Shown here one piece after another: positions 36,284 to 46,452 of a stretch of DNA of 64,000 nt (position 1 is its first letter; every line of letters starts with the position of its first letter). The DNA comes from an uncultured Candidatus Saccharibacteria bacterium (GTDB lineage Bacteria > Patescibacteriota > Minisyncoccia > Phycocordibacterales > UBA1006): the NCBI GenBank assembly GCA_964601935.1, contig CAZROP010000001.1, positions 20,127 to 84,126 of the forward strand, given 5' to 3'. The notes below the pieces were generated by a model. It did no database searches, had not been told where the DNA came from, and worked only from the letters and a program-made list of their open reading frames with translations. A program made the position numbers and the translations under genes.

Positions 36284-36883
36284 ATGTCACTACTCGACTA
36301 CAACGAAATTCGCGAAAAGAAGGTAATTATTTATGACGATGAACCGTGCCTGGTAGTATCATCCCACGTCGCACGCACACAAATGCGCAAGCCGACCAAC
36401 CAAACAAAACTGAAATCGCTCATTTCTGGAAAGGTATTCCAGGCAGTATTCCAGGCAAGCGATCGCGCAGAAGAGGCCGACATTGAAAAACGTGTTTCAA
36501 AGTTTCTCTACGCACAGCCACAGAAAAACGAGTGGTGGTTTGCCACTATCGAGGACACCAAGGATAGATTCAAACTAACAAGAGACGAGATTGGTGAAGC
36601 GGCAAAATGGATTCGTGAAGGATCTGACGTTACCATTAAATTCTTTTTGAAAGATGATGACGAAGAAGTAGTGATTGGAGCAGAAACACCTATAAAGGTA
36701 GAGCTGACAGTAAAGGAAGCGCCCCCTAATGTACGTGGTGACACTGCAACAGGCGGGCGCAAGACCGTTCTACTAGAGAACGGAACCGAGTTATCGGGTG
36801 TACCATTATTTATAGAGGCTGGTGATATTATTCGCATCAACACCGAACTAGGTGAATATGTGGAACGTGTAGAAAAACGATAG
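36284..36883 (+). CDS. efp: Elongation factor P
   Basis: KOW-like N-terminus plus two OB domains; ~190 aa; EF-P conserved pattern (GK..A...T). Confidence 0.75.
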   Translation: MSLLDYNEIREKKVIIYDDEPCLVVSSHVARTQMRKPTNQTKLKSLISGKVFQAVFQASDRAEEADIEKRVSKFLYAQPQKNEWWFATIEDTKDRFKLTRDEIGEAAKWIREGSDVTIKFFLKDDDEEVVIGAETPIKVELTVKEAPPNVRGDTATGGRKTVLLENGTELSGVPLFIEAGDIIRINTELGEYVERVEKR

Positions 36884-36886
36884 TGA

Positions 36887-36920
36887 AAAGCCCTCACCTA
36901 GGTGAGGGCTTTTCACTATC
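36887..36920. terminator. Bidirectional hairpin terminator between efp and the giant minus-strand gene
   Basis: GTGAAAAGCCCTCACCTAGGTGAGGGCTTTTCAC is a perfect palindrome. Confidence 0.6.
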
Positions 36921-36923
36921 TAA

Positions 36924-39900
36924 TTATTTGGGGCATTCAGCCAGTGTTTTGAGCTTTGCACCCAACACCGCGGTATATACTCCCGTTTCTGTAAGTCCTA
37001 ATCGGTTTTGTAGCAATCTGATATATGCTTTAGATGACCTCCCATACACTCCGTCTACTACTATTTCTCCTTTCATTACGTACGCTATGAATCTCTGTAA
37101 TGAGGCTACAGATGACTTAGGACTGAGTGAAGATATAGTTGTTAGTGGAAGAGCTGAACAAGCAGTCTCTAATACAACGTCAGGGATACCTGACACATGA
37201 CATTGAATATCACTGTGTAATGGAAGTACGGGGTATGTATCGAACGCACGAGAGAACCCACGCAAATCGATCCCCTTCCCAGTCAAAATGGTAACATTCG
37301 GTAAACTACCATACACAGCTTTCTGGTCAACAGATAACTGTGAATCTATAACCTTGTAGGCAGAGGTACAAGTAGGCAATACTTCTCCTCCTGATGCATA
37401 GGTTGTAGGCTTCTTAGTCTTCTTTGCATTATAGAGCTCTATCAGTTTTGTCATGAATGGATTACTGAGGATATTTGTTTCTACAGGTATATTGTTCTTC
37501 TTATGGAGATCAGTGATTGCTTTGGTTGTTGTTGTGTTTTGTCTTCCTGTGATAGTTGTTTTGTAACCTAGAGTACGAAGCATGGATTGGATGGATTTCC
37601 AGTCTACTTTTCCGGTGGGGGTGGTGGTTGAGATGGGTTGCGTTGAAGAAAGAGTAGGTGTTGGTATATCTGCAGCTTTAGTGACAATCGGAACAGGGAT
37701 GATTGGTATTACTCCACCGCCCCCACCAGAAGAAGACTGTGGTGGAGTAACTATTAGGGGAGAAAACCATCCCGTGGTATTTCCTACGTTAGTGCTGTTG
37801 GCAGGATCTACAGGAGTGGAAAAGACTGATGAATTGTCAGTAATGACACTATCCTTGATCGATAGAAATCCCGAACTTACAAAGGTAGAACTACCAGCCA
37901 TATCTATGGTTGCAGCAGTGTCCGGCATAGAAGAAACTATTGAGAGCCTATCGTTTGCATCTAGACCATTTAGAGTGAGCACTCCTGCTACAGTCTGGGT
38001 ACCACCTGTTGGTAATGTAATGACAGCAGGAGTAGAATTGTTAGAACTATCAGAAAAAGTAAGGTTGTTCCAGGTAGTGGCACCAGTGAGAGCGTGGTCG
38101 TCGCCCGAACTGAATACTACAGTACCGTTGTTATGGTTAAAGGTTCCTGTGTTGGTGAAGGTGCCAGCTATATTAAGAGTGTCTGAAGGGGCGGTGAACG
38201 TTCCTTGGTTAACCATACTACCTGTACCACCACCTGTATTCAGAGTAATTGTCTCTCCCGACGTAAACATAGATCCTGAAGGAATAAAAAATGTACCCGC
38301 CGTTATAAAGACAACTTCGTGAGGTAGAGTGCCCATGAGGCTACTTATGGGTATACTGGGGTCACCACTTTTTGCAAGCACCAGATCTGCGTTGGTCATT
38401 GCTCCATCAGAAATACGTAAAATCTTATCCAGCGCCAGGTGTCCTTCATGGTCGACAAAATCACCACCTACTAACACCTTTCCGCCAGGCTGCACTGCAA
38501 ATGAATACACACTTGCACTAAGCGCTGATGGAATGAACGTAGTATCTCGTGTTCCGTCCGTGTTCAGACGAGTTATTTTATCTAGATTAGATTGACCATT
38601 ATAGTCATTAAAATTTCCACCTACCAGAATCTTTCCATCTGGCTGCAGAGCTAATGTATACACACCTGCCCCAAACCCTGCTGGAACCATGAAACTTGTA
38701 TCTCGTGTTCCGTCCGTGTTCAGACGAGCGATTCTATCCAAATTAGGCTGAGCATCATAATTTTGGAACTCTCCTCCTACAAGTATCTTTCCATCTGGCT
38801 GTATCACAATATTATATACATAATCACTGAGAGCTACCGACGGAACGAATGTTGTATCTCGTGTTCCATCAGCGTTGATACGAGCCAAATAAGCAAGCTC
38901 TGGCAGAGCATCGTAACTCTCGAAGAATCCTCCTACAAGTATCTTTCCATCTGGCTGGATCGCCGCGCTCTGCACGATCTGGCCAAATGCCACCGCAGGA
39001 GCGAACGTTGTATCTCGCGTTCCATCAGTATTCAGACGAGCAATTCCGTCCAGATTGGGCTCCGAATCATAATCTGTAAAACTACCTGCAATTACAATAC
39101 GCTCATCAGCATCTAGATTAATAGAGGATACAGAACCCGTCGAAGCACCGACCGGGATAAAACTAGTGTCACGACTACCGTTCGTATTCAGACGAGCAAT
39201 CCTATCCAGGTTAGCCTGCGCACCATAATCAGTAAAACCACCACCGACCAAAATCTTTCCATCTGACTGTAAAGCCAATGAATTTATACTTGCGTTAAAC
39301 GCGGCAAAAATAGAGAAGCCTGTATCTCGTGTTCCGTCAGCATTAAGACGAGCAATATAGTCCAGATTAGCTTGACCATCGTAGTCGGTGAAATTTCCAC
39401 CTATAACTATCTTCCCATCAGGCTGAACAACTATTGCATTAACAGTATTATTCAATGATGCGGCTGGAGAAAATGCAGGATCGTTAATTCCACCCCTATC
39501 CAATCCCCACACCGTCACCCTATCAGCATAAATATCCAACCCCGTGAGACTGATACCATCTTTTCTAGCCACAGCCACCCCTGCCTCGTCCTCAATATAC
39601 AGAGTAATGATATCGCCATCGTAAAGCTGTACTCCGCTAAATGAATACGCGCCACCACTAGTTACAGCTGTATTTATAGATACACCATTAACAAACAGTT
39701 GCACCGTAATATTATCCGCCACAGGGGTTATGCCATCATTAGCATATACATTTCCCGATATAGTATACCTAGGAGGAAATGCCATATCCAAAACAGAGAT
39801 AAAAGCATCTGTGCCTCCTGCTAATTCTGCCTGATATACTCCTGCAGTCGTAGGAAACGCCGTACCTGTTTGCCCTGTTAGGTATATATTATTGGTAGAA

Positions 39901-42900
39901 TCGAGAGTTATAGCGTAACCAATATCATTATTGGCTGATCCACCCAGGTATGTACTTGCGATCAAGTTTGTAAGATTACTAGGAAATTGTGATATGAAAG
40001 CATCTTGTGTACCACCAATAACAGTATCATATGCTCCAATCGTTGTAGGAAATCCTGTTCCCCCTACTAACCCTGTTACGTATACGTTATTGGTAGAATC
40101 GATATCTATACTATAGCCACTATCTATATTACCTGTGCCACCGAGGAGTGTGCTGGCGGTAAGACTGGCGAGTGTGCTTGGTAGCTTTGAAATAAAGATA
40201 TCTGCTGCACCGCTCAAACTCGTGTCATAAGCACCAACCGTTGTTGGGAACGCTGTTGCTGCTAAACCTGTGACATAAACATTGTTGCTGGAATCCAGGG
40301 CTATGTCGTAGCCAGTATCATTACCTGTACCACCGAGGAGTGTGCTGGCGGTAAGACTGGCGAGTGTGCTTGGTAGCTTTGAAATAAAAGCGTCGCGCGA
40401 TCCACCGATAACAGTATCATATGCTCCAATTGTTACCGGAAAAGTAGATTCTGCCTGACCTGTCACATAAACATTGTTGCTGGAATCCAGGGTTAGGTTA
40501 TACGCGATGTCTGTATTCGTCCCACCGAGAAATGTACTCGCGGTGAGGGTTGCAAGACTACTAGGAAGTATCGATATAAAAGCATCGCTGCCACCTCCCA
40601 CAGTTGTATCATAAGCACCACCCGTTGTCGGGAACGCTGGCCCAGCACCACCTGCCACATAAACATTGTTGCTGGAATCCAGGGCTATACCGTAACCAGT
40701 ATCAATGCCCGTTCCGCCCAGAAAGGTACTAGCTGTCAGGCTAGTTAGCGTGCTCGGAAGTACTGACACAAAAGCATCAGTAGAGGCACCCCCACTAAGC
40801 GCAGTCTGATATGCTCCGACTGTTGTAGGAAAACCTGTTGCTGCAGAGCCTGTGACATAAACATTGTTGCTGGAATCCAGAACTATATCATATCCAATAT
40901 CAGAACCTGCCCCTCCCAAGTAAGTCGCAGCTGCAAGCGTCGTAAGTCCGTTATTGAATTTATAAATCACTACATCCTCAGCACCACCATATGTAGTATC
41001 ATAAGTTCCTGCGCCAGCTGGCGAGTGACTCCTGGATTGACCAACCATATAAATATTACCAGATGTATCGACTGTAATACCGCGACCTATATCATTACCC
41101 GTTGAACCAATTTGATCGCCTCCATACAATGTGCTGGCGGTCAACGCCGTGAGATTGCTGGACAACTTGGAAATAAAAACATCTTGTGATGCGCCTAGCG
41201 TAGTGTCATAAGCACCACCTGTTGTCGGGAACGCTGTTGCAGCTGTACCAGTTATATACACATTATTAGTGGCATCCAATGCTATATCATTCCCAGCTTC
41301 AGTGCTGGTACCACCTAAAACTGTACTCGCAGTCAATGTAGCGAGAGTACTGGGAAATACGGAGACAAAGGCATCCGTACCGCTCACAGTTGTATCATAA
41401 GCACCACCTGTTGTCGGGAACGCTGTTGCAGCATCGCCTACGACGTACACATTGTTACTAGCGTCTAATATAATTCCTCGCCCTATATCAGTACTACTTC
41501 CACCTAGAAATGTACTCGCGGTGAGGGTTGCAAGATTGCTGGGAAGTATCGATATAAATGCATCAGTACCACTAATAGTGGTATCATATGCGCCCACTGT
41601 TGTAGGAAAACCTGTTGCTGCTTGACCTGTAATATATACATTACTACTGGAATCTACTGCAATATCATTACCTGCATCTGCACCAGATCCGCCAAGATAT
41701 GTGCTAGCATTCAGAGTAGTGAGATCGGCAGGTAACGCAGCAACAAATGCATCCAATGAACTACCTCCATACGAAATATCATACGCCCCGACAGTCGTTG
41801 GAAAACTCCCCGACGTACTACCTGTCAGATACAGCATATTTCCTGTACCCCACACCATACTTACTGCCCTATCGTTGCCCGATCCGCCCAGATATGTGCT
41901 AGCATTCAGAGTAGTGAGATCTGGAGAAAATACGGTTATAAAAGCATCTGTGGTCGAACCCCCATGTGTTATCTGGTAACTTCCAGCTGTTACAGGAAAC
42001 CCCGATGCCGCCTCTCCTGCTATATAAATCGCATTATCAGCACCCACCAGTATGCTGGTACTTCCTTCATTACTCGCGGCACCACCTAGAAATGTGCTAG
42101 CAGTTAAGGTAGACAAATCATTAGTGAGTTTCGAAACGAATACATCAACAGTACCACCACCAAAAGTAGGCTGATAGACACCTGCTGTGGTTGGAAATCC
42201 ACTTGCAGCAGTCCCGACTATATAGACATTGCCTGAACTATCCAGTGCAATATCATTGCCTGTATCTGCACCAGACCCTCCTAAAAATGTTTGCCCCTGC
42301 AAGGTCGTCATTGCATCATCGAACTTTAGCACTAGAATATCACCCAAACCATTCGGTGTCGTATCATAGCCTAGACCTGTTATGGTTGGATCGCCTGTTC
42401 TACCTATTATAAAGACAGAATTATTATGCCATACAATACCGTTGCCTGTTTCGAGCTCTGTATACGACTCACCCCCTACATACGTACTCGCCAACAACGG
42501 ATCAATATATAACATATGTGTTGTATCATATTCTCCAACATCGAATCCGTAGGAGTCATTGTTTTGATAAAGTGTGTACTCTACATCTACGGATACTTTT
42601 TCTCCATTGATGTATTGAAAAGCAACAGGTGCGGTCATACGAACACCTCCTGCCCGGGTATTAATTATCAGTTCTCCTGTATCTTCATCGATAGAGAGGT
42701 CTTCTATACCTTCTATTGCAACCTGAATAGTGTCTGGTGATGACTGCGGTGATACGTTGAATATCTTTTCTATATTCTTTTGATAGGCGCGCAGAGTTAC
42801 ACCTATGCCTGGCCATACTAGTGTAAACTCTAAATCTTTATGAGTGTTCAGGTCAGTTTCCCATTTACTAGAATCATCGCCTATGAATCGTGATACTGTT

Positions 42901-43274
42901 GTTTCTGATTTCTGTGCTGGAACCAGATTATTAGTACTACCTCCAACAAACTGTTCGCGAAATGTAGTATCAGGCAACGCATAGGTAATACCCTCTGATC
43001 CAGCATATACTGTTCCAGCACTAGTAACCGCGTAGTACGGATATTGTTGTGCCTCTCCTAGGTTGCCTGAGTTTTCTATCCAAGGCAACTGTACCCGTGC
43101 CATACTTGCCTGTTGATCTGAAGTGAGGGCGGTTTCTGAACTTTCTATATCGGGCACGAGTGCTGCAGTGTTCGCATAGGAAATATTGGGGAGCATGAGT
43201 GTACTGCAGAATATTATGAGAAGGGTGGATGTTGCTATTTTTTTAAAAGATTGAAGGGTTTTTTTTGTTGGCAT
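36924..43274 (-). CDS. Giant secreted surface protein (2116 aa): SBBP beta-propeller repeats plus delta-60 repeats plus C-terminal PG_binding_1-like anchoring module
   Basis: Signal peptide. About 18 'LGGSGxDxGxxIALDSSNNVYVTGxAxxxFPTTxGAYDTT' repeats of the SBBP / beta-propeller type. About 8 'DGKILVGGNFTDYDGQANLDxIARLNxDGTRDTxF' repeats of the delta-60 type. C-terminal 250 aa homologous to the end of the NHL protein. Confidence 0.7.
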   Translation of the reverse strand: MPTKKTLQSFKKIATSTLLIIFCSTLMLPNISYANTAALVPDIESSETALTSDQQASMARVQLPWIENSGNLGEAQQYPYYAVTSAGTVYAGSEGITYALPDTTFREQFVGGSTNNLVPAQKSETTVSRFIGDDSSKWETDLNTHKDLEFTLVWPGIGVTLRAYQKNIEKIFNVSPQSSPDTIQVAIEGIEDLSIDEDTGELIINTRAGGVRMTAPVAFQYINGEKVSVDVEYTLYQNNDSYGFDVGEYDTTHMLYIDPLLASTYVGGESYTELETGNGIVWHNNSVFIIGRTGDPTITGLGYDTTPNGLGDILVLKFDDAMTTLQGQTFLGGSGADTGNDIALDSSGNVYIVGTAASGFPTTAGVYQPTFGGGTVDVFVSKLTNDLSTLTASTFLGGAASNEGSTSILVGADNAIYIAGEAASGFPVTAGSYQITHGGSTTDAFITVFSPDLTTLNASTYLGGSGNDRAVSMVWGTGNMLYLTGSTSGSFPTTVGAYDISYGGSSLDAFVAALPADLTTLNASTYLGGSGADAGNDIAVDSSSNVYITGQAATGFPTTVGAYDTTISGTDAFISILPSNLATLTASTFLGGSSTDIGRGIILDASNNVYVVGDAATAFPTTGGAYDTTVSGTDAFVSVFPSTLATLTASTVLGGTSTEAGNDIALDATNNVYITGTAATAFPTTGGAYDTTLGASQDVFISKLSSNLTALTASTLYGGDQIGSTGNDIGRGITVDTSGNIYMVGQSRSHSPAGAGTYDTTYGGAEDVVIYKFNNGLTTLAAATYLGGAGSDIGYDIVLDSSNNVYVTGSAATGFPTTVGAYQTALSGGASTDAFVSVLPSTLTSLTASTFLGGTGIDTGYGIALDSSNNVYVAGGAGPAFPTTGGAYDTTVGGGSDAFISILPSSLATLTASTFLGGTNTDIAYNLTLDSSNNVYVTGQAESTFPVTIGAYDTVIGGSRDAFISKLPSTLASLTASTLLGGTGNDTGYDIALDSSNNVYVTGLAATAFPTTVGAYDTSLSGAADIFISKLPSTLASLTASTLLGGTGNIDSGYSIDIDSTNNVYVTGLVGGTGFPTTIGAYDTVIGGTQDAFISQFPSNLTNLIASTYLGGSANNDIGYAITLDSTNNIYLTGQTGTAFPTTAGVYQAELAGGTDAFISVLDMAFPPRYTISGNVYANDGITPVADNITVQLFVNGVSINTAVTSGGAYSFSGVQLYDGDIITLYIEDEAGVAVARKDGISLTGLDIYADRVTVWGLDRGGINDPAFSPAASLNNTVNAIVVQPDGKIVIGGNFTDYDGQANLDYIARLNADGTRDTGFSIFAAFNASINSLALQSDGKILVGGGFTDYGAQANLDRIARLNTNGSRDTSFIPVGASTGSVSSINLDADERIVIAGSFTDYDSEPNLDGIARLNTDGTRDTTFAPAVAFGQIVQSAAIQPDGKILVGGFFESYDALPELAYLARINADGTRDTTFVPSVALSDYVYNIVIQPDGKILVGGEFQNYDAQPNLDRIARLNTDGTRDTSFMVPAGFGAGVYTLALQPDGKILVGGNFNDYNGQSNLDKITRLNTDGTRDTTFIPSALSASVYSFAVQPGGKVLVGGDFVDHEGHLALDKILRISDGAMTNADLVLAKSGDPSIPISSLMGTLPHEVVFITAGTFFIPSGSMFTSGETITLNTGGGTGSMVNQGTFTAPSDTLNIAGTFTNTGTFNHNNGTVVFSSGDDHALTGATTWNNLTFSDSSNNSTPAVITLPTGGTQTVAGVLTLNGLDANDRLSIVSSMPDTAATIDMAGSSTFVSSGFLSIKDSVITDNSSVFSTPVDPANSTNVGNTTGWFSPLIVTPPQSSSGGGGGVIPIIPVPIVTKAADIPTPTLSSTQPISTTTPTGKVDWKSIQSMLRTLGYKTTITGRQNTTTTKAITDLHKKNNIPVETNILSNPFMTKLIELYNAKKTKKPTTYASGGEVLPTCTSAYKVIDSQLSVDQKAVYGSLPNVTILTGKGIDLRGFSRAFDTYPVLPLHSDIQCHVSGIPDVVLETACSALPLTTISSLSPKSSVASLQRFIAYVMKGEIVVDGVYGRSSKAYIRLLQNRLGLTETGVYTAVLGAKLKTLAECPK

Positions 43275-43532
43275 ATTGTTTGACTGGGGGGGGCACTTAA
43301 CTGCTTTTTAAAATGATGCCAGCGATCTCATCTACCATAGCGGTATTCTTGTCCTCGAATGGCTTACTATATCTAATAACACCTCTCTAGTGTAGCAGGT
43401 ATACTGTATTTTTGTAGCTTATAACTATATAATATAGTGTGAAAAACGAGTAGGTTGCAGTGTTTTGACAAAAACATATTCCTCTCGTGTACAAACATCA
43501 GCTTTCACAAGAAATGATATACTATATCTCCT

Positions 43533-44297
43533 ATGCATAATCTGCCTATAAAACCCGTATACCGTCCCAAACATATGACACTAGAAGAAATACGTGATGG
43601 ATGTATCACACTCACCAATGGGGATAACATTGAAACACGGGTGTGTATCGCTCAAGAAGAACTCCGCCAAGGCATCGACATGGTTGCACGTTATCCACGA
43701 TCGGTAACAATGTATGGATCCGCACGAATCACCGAGGACCATCCTGACTACCAGCGAGCACAGCGCATCGCACGACGTGTTGTCGCAGAACTAGGTTATG
43801 CAGTTGTTACCGGGGGAGGTCCTGGAATAATGGAGGCTGCTAACCGTGGTGCGACAGAAGCAGGTGGTGTATCCATAGGTCTCACTATTCGACTACCTCA
43901 CGAGCAGTACACTAATCCATATGTAAACGTAGAGGTTCCTTTTTATTACTTCTTCACACGAAAAACTACCCTATCGTTTTCGTCAGAGGCATACCTAGCA
44001 TTTACGGGAGGATTTGGAACATTCGATGAAATATTTGAAATAATCACCCTGATGCAAACAGGTAAAATACCCCGCGTCCCTGTTCTGTTGGTAGGATCAG
44101 CGTTCTGGACACCTTTGATTAACGCTACGCGTCATACATTACTGGATACATATCACACTATTTCCTCATCTGATATGGACTTATTTACAATAACCGACGA
44201 TGAAGATTTTATAGTCGAAACAATCCGAAAAGCACCAGCACGAGATACCGCCATTACAGAAGATCCTTCTATCGACTCTGTCGCATACGCTGAATAA
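43533..44297 (+). CDS. LOG-family protein (TIGR00730; cytokinin riboside 5'-monophosphate phosphoribohydrolase-like)
   Basis: 'MYGSARI...AVVTGGGPGIMEAANRGA' and 'PGGFGTFDE' are hallmark LOG motifs. Confidence 0.75.
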   Translation: MHNLPIKPVYRPKHMTLEEIRDGCITLTNGDNIETRVCIAQEELRQGIDMVARYPRSVTMYGSARITEDHPDYQRAQRIARRVVAELGYAVVTGGGPGIMEAANRGATEAGGVSIGLTIRLPHEQYTNPYVNVEVPFYYFFTRKTTLSFSSEAYLAFTGGFGTFDEIFEIITLMQTGKIPRVPVLLVGSAFWTPLINATRHTLLDTYHTISSSDMDLFTITDDEDFIVETIRKAPARDTAITEDPSIDSVAYAE

Positions 44298-44553
44298 TAC
44301 GCAATGCCTGTGCAGGATCCTTTTTCAGAATATTGGACATACGTGTCACAGTCGCGATAGACACCCTCAGACGATCTGCTATTGTGCGGTGTGACTCGCG
44401 GCCCTCCTCTACTGCGCGAAGTATCTCCAGCCTGCGGGCGATACCATCATACTCTTTATCAGTCAGTAGCAGCTCGAAAACAGAGTGCAGGGTACGCTTG
44501 TCAGACGAAAAAGCCTTTATAGTAGCCAATAATTGTTCATGATGCCAATCCAT
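44269..44553 (-). CDS. TrpR-like / YerC-YecD family small DNA-binding protein
   Basis: 94 aa. The helix-turn-helix 'RLEILRAVEEGRESHRTIADRLRVSIATVTRMSN' resembles the Trp-repressor-like YerC family. Confidence 0.5.
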   Translation of the reverse strand: MDWHHEQLLATIKAFSSDKRTLHSVFELLLTDKEYDGIARRLEILRAVEEGRESHRTIADRLRVSIATVTRMSNILKKDPAQALRIIQRMRQSR

Positions 44554-44628
44554 ATACTTTCTATACTAGCTGAAAGCAGCCCACTGTCTAGCGTACTAGT
44601 ACGCTAGAGCTATTTTTGACATATCTGT

Positions 44629-46443
44629 CTAGTCGTGGTATGCACTTGCTTGGGCTGTATAGAGCTGGTGATATCTTCCCTGTTTGCTGATGAGTTCTGA
44701 GTGACTACCCTGCTCTTGCACCTCTCCATGTTCGAGTACTACAATAATGTCTGACTGGCGAACAGTTGAAAATCTATGCGAAATTGTCAGCAGTGTTTTG
44801 TGGGCTGAATTTTTGTACAGACTCTCGAATATTTCTTGTTCTGCGATAGCATCTACTGCACTCGTAGGCTCATCCAGAATAATCATTTGAGCATCACGGT
44901 ACATAACACGTGCTATTGCCATACGCTGTCGCTCTCCACCCGATAACTCTTTTCCGTCGAATTCACGCCCGACCTGTGAATCGTAGCTATCCGTCCAGTT
45001 TTCTATAAAACTATATGCATGAGATGCCCTTGCGGCTTGCAACATTCTTTTTTCATCATAGGGATTATTAGTGTCACCCAGCGCAATTATTTCTTTTGCT
45101 TTTAGTTTGAAATTAGCGAACTCTTGCATCAAAACAGCTGCATTATGATAGAAGGTATCCAAATCAATATCCTTGATATCAATCCCGTTTATATAAATTG
45201 CACCCTCATCAGGATCATAAACCCGCAACAGTAAATGTACAAATGTTGTTTTTCCAGCACCATTATGACCTACCAAGGCAACCTTCTGACCTCTACCTAT
45301 GGTCAGGTTTAAGTTTTTGAACACATAATTATCGCCACCAGGATATTTGAACCATACATTTCTGAATTCTATTTCAATGCCTGACGAATAGTCTACATAC
45401 GCAGGATTTGTAGGAACCACTAACACATTCTCAATCTCCATTACTTTTACTAATTCATGTGAGTAGCGCACATCTTTACTGAATTTGCCAATTAGGTTAA
45501 ACATCCTTCCCAAGTCGCCTTGTAATTTAGAAAACGCACCCAGAGCAACGGTAAATTGCCCCACACTCATTATTCGGGCAACAATCTTTTCAGTAATCAG
45601 GTAGATTGCACCAGCAAATGCACTGATATAAATAAATGATCCTATGAATTCGTCACCCAAACGCTGCTTGTCAGTCTTTTGCATCTTTGACTGAAATGAT
45701 TCCATGTATCCGACTATTCGATTCAAGAAATATTTAATGTTCTGGAATAATCTTATTTCGATCAGAGATATCTTGTTATGTAACAGGTTTTTGTTCTCGT
45801 CGAGCTGGCGACGCTCATATGTGTCCTCGTCCCATACTCCGTACACACGCTGACCATGGAAATACTCCACTAGAAATACTGGCACAGATGCCAGGACCCC
45901 CAGCACCGCGAATCTCCAATCCAGCGTACCCAAGTACCCAATTGCCAAGAATATACTGATAACGCGTGCAAACATTAGGCTGACATTTTCTGCGGTGCCG
46001 TACACGCGCCATACGCCTTGCTCTCGGGCTTTTGCCCTACGATTCTGATATTCAGAACTTTCGATTATTTGAATATCACGTGTTGCCGTATGCTCTATAA
46101 ACTTTACGATAAGCGCATCAGAAAACTCTCTGAAAAATCGTGTTGCCAGGTAATTATGTAGGTAACCAATAATACTCGGTAACACCAGGGCGCCTGAATA
46201 CACCAAAATATAGGTGTAAAGATACGTATACGTAGTAGTGGCTCCTGCAATAACAGAAACTAATTCATCCAGGATAAATCCCAATGCAAAAATCTCGACG
46301 TACCCAATTACTGCCTGTACGATTTCGATGGCGATCATCAGTGAGTACGTGTAGGGTTTATATCGAAATGCCAATTTCACACATGCCCATCCTGTCCGCA
46401 GAGATTCTGCCAGGGTTAATGTTTCTTTTTGTTTTATATTCAT
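44629..46443 (-). CDS. ABC exporter, fused permease and ATPase (MdlB/MsbA-like)
   Basis: 6-TM N-terminal domain; Walker A 'GHNGAGKTT'; signature 'LSGGERQR'; Walker B 'ILDEPTSAVD'. Confidence 0.8.
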   Translation of the reverse strand: MNIKQKETLTLAESLRTGWACVKLAFRYKPYTYSLMIAIEIVQAVIGYVEIFALGFILDELVSVIAGATTTYTYLYTYILVYSGALVLPSIIGYLHNYLATRFFREFSDALIVKFIEHTATRDIQIIESSEYQNRRAKAREQGVWRVYGTAENVSLMFARVISIFLAIGYLGTLDWRFAVLGVLASVPVFLVEYFHGQRVYGVWDEDTYERRQLDENKNLLHNKISLIEIRLFQNIKYFLNRIVGYMESFQSKMQKTDKQRLGDEFIGSFIYISAFAGAIYLITEKIVARIMSVGQFTVALGAFSKLQGDLGRMFNLIGKFSKDVRYSHELVKVMEIENVLVVPTNPAYVDYSSGIEIEFRNVWFKYPGGDNYVFKNLNLTIGRGQKVALVGHNGAGKTTFVHLLLRVYDPDEGAIYINGIDIKDIDLDTFYHNAAVLMQEFANFKLKAKEIIALGDTNNPYDEKRMLQAARASHAYSFIENWTDSYDSQVGREFDGKELSGGERQRMAIARVMYRDAQMIILDEPTSAVDAIAEQEIFESLYKNSAHKTLLTISHRFSTVRQSDIIVVLEHGEVQEQGSHSELISKQGRYHQLYTAQASAYHD

Positions 46444-46452
46444 ATATTATAT

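Noticed and set aside
37582-38322. 246-aa plus-strand ORF (MDWMDFQSTFPVGVVVEMG...) and its 64-aa twin at 19086-19280
   Set aside because: Both lie antisense inside the giant minus-strand surface-protein genes, within the shared 300-bp identical block. They are low-complexity Val/Pro-rich and are mirror-frame artefacts of the real genes.
39900-42100. Regularly spaced near-identical ~60-bp repeats that could be mistaken for a CRISPR-like array
   Set aside because: They are in frame within the 2116-aa ORF and encode the SBBP protein repeats. Spacers are not unique, repeat spacing is ~190 bp, and no cas genes are present. This is not a CRISPR array.
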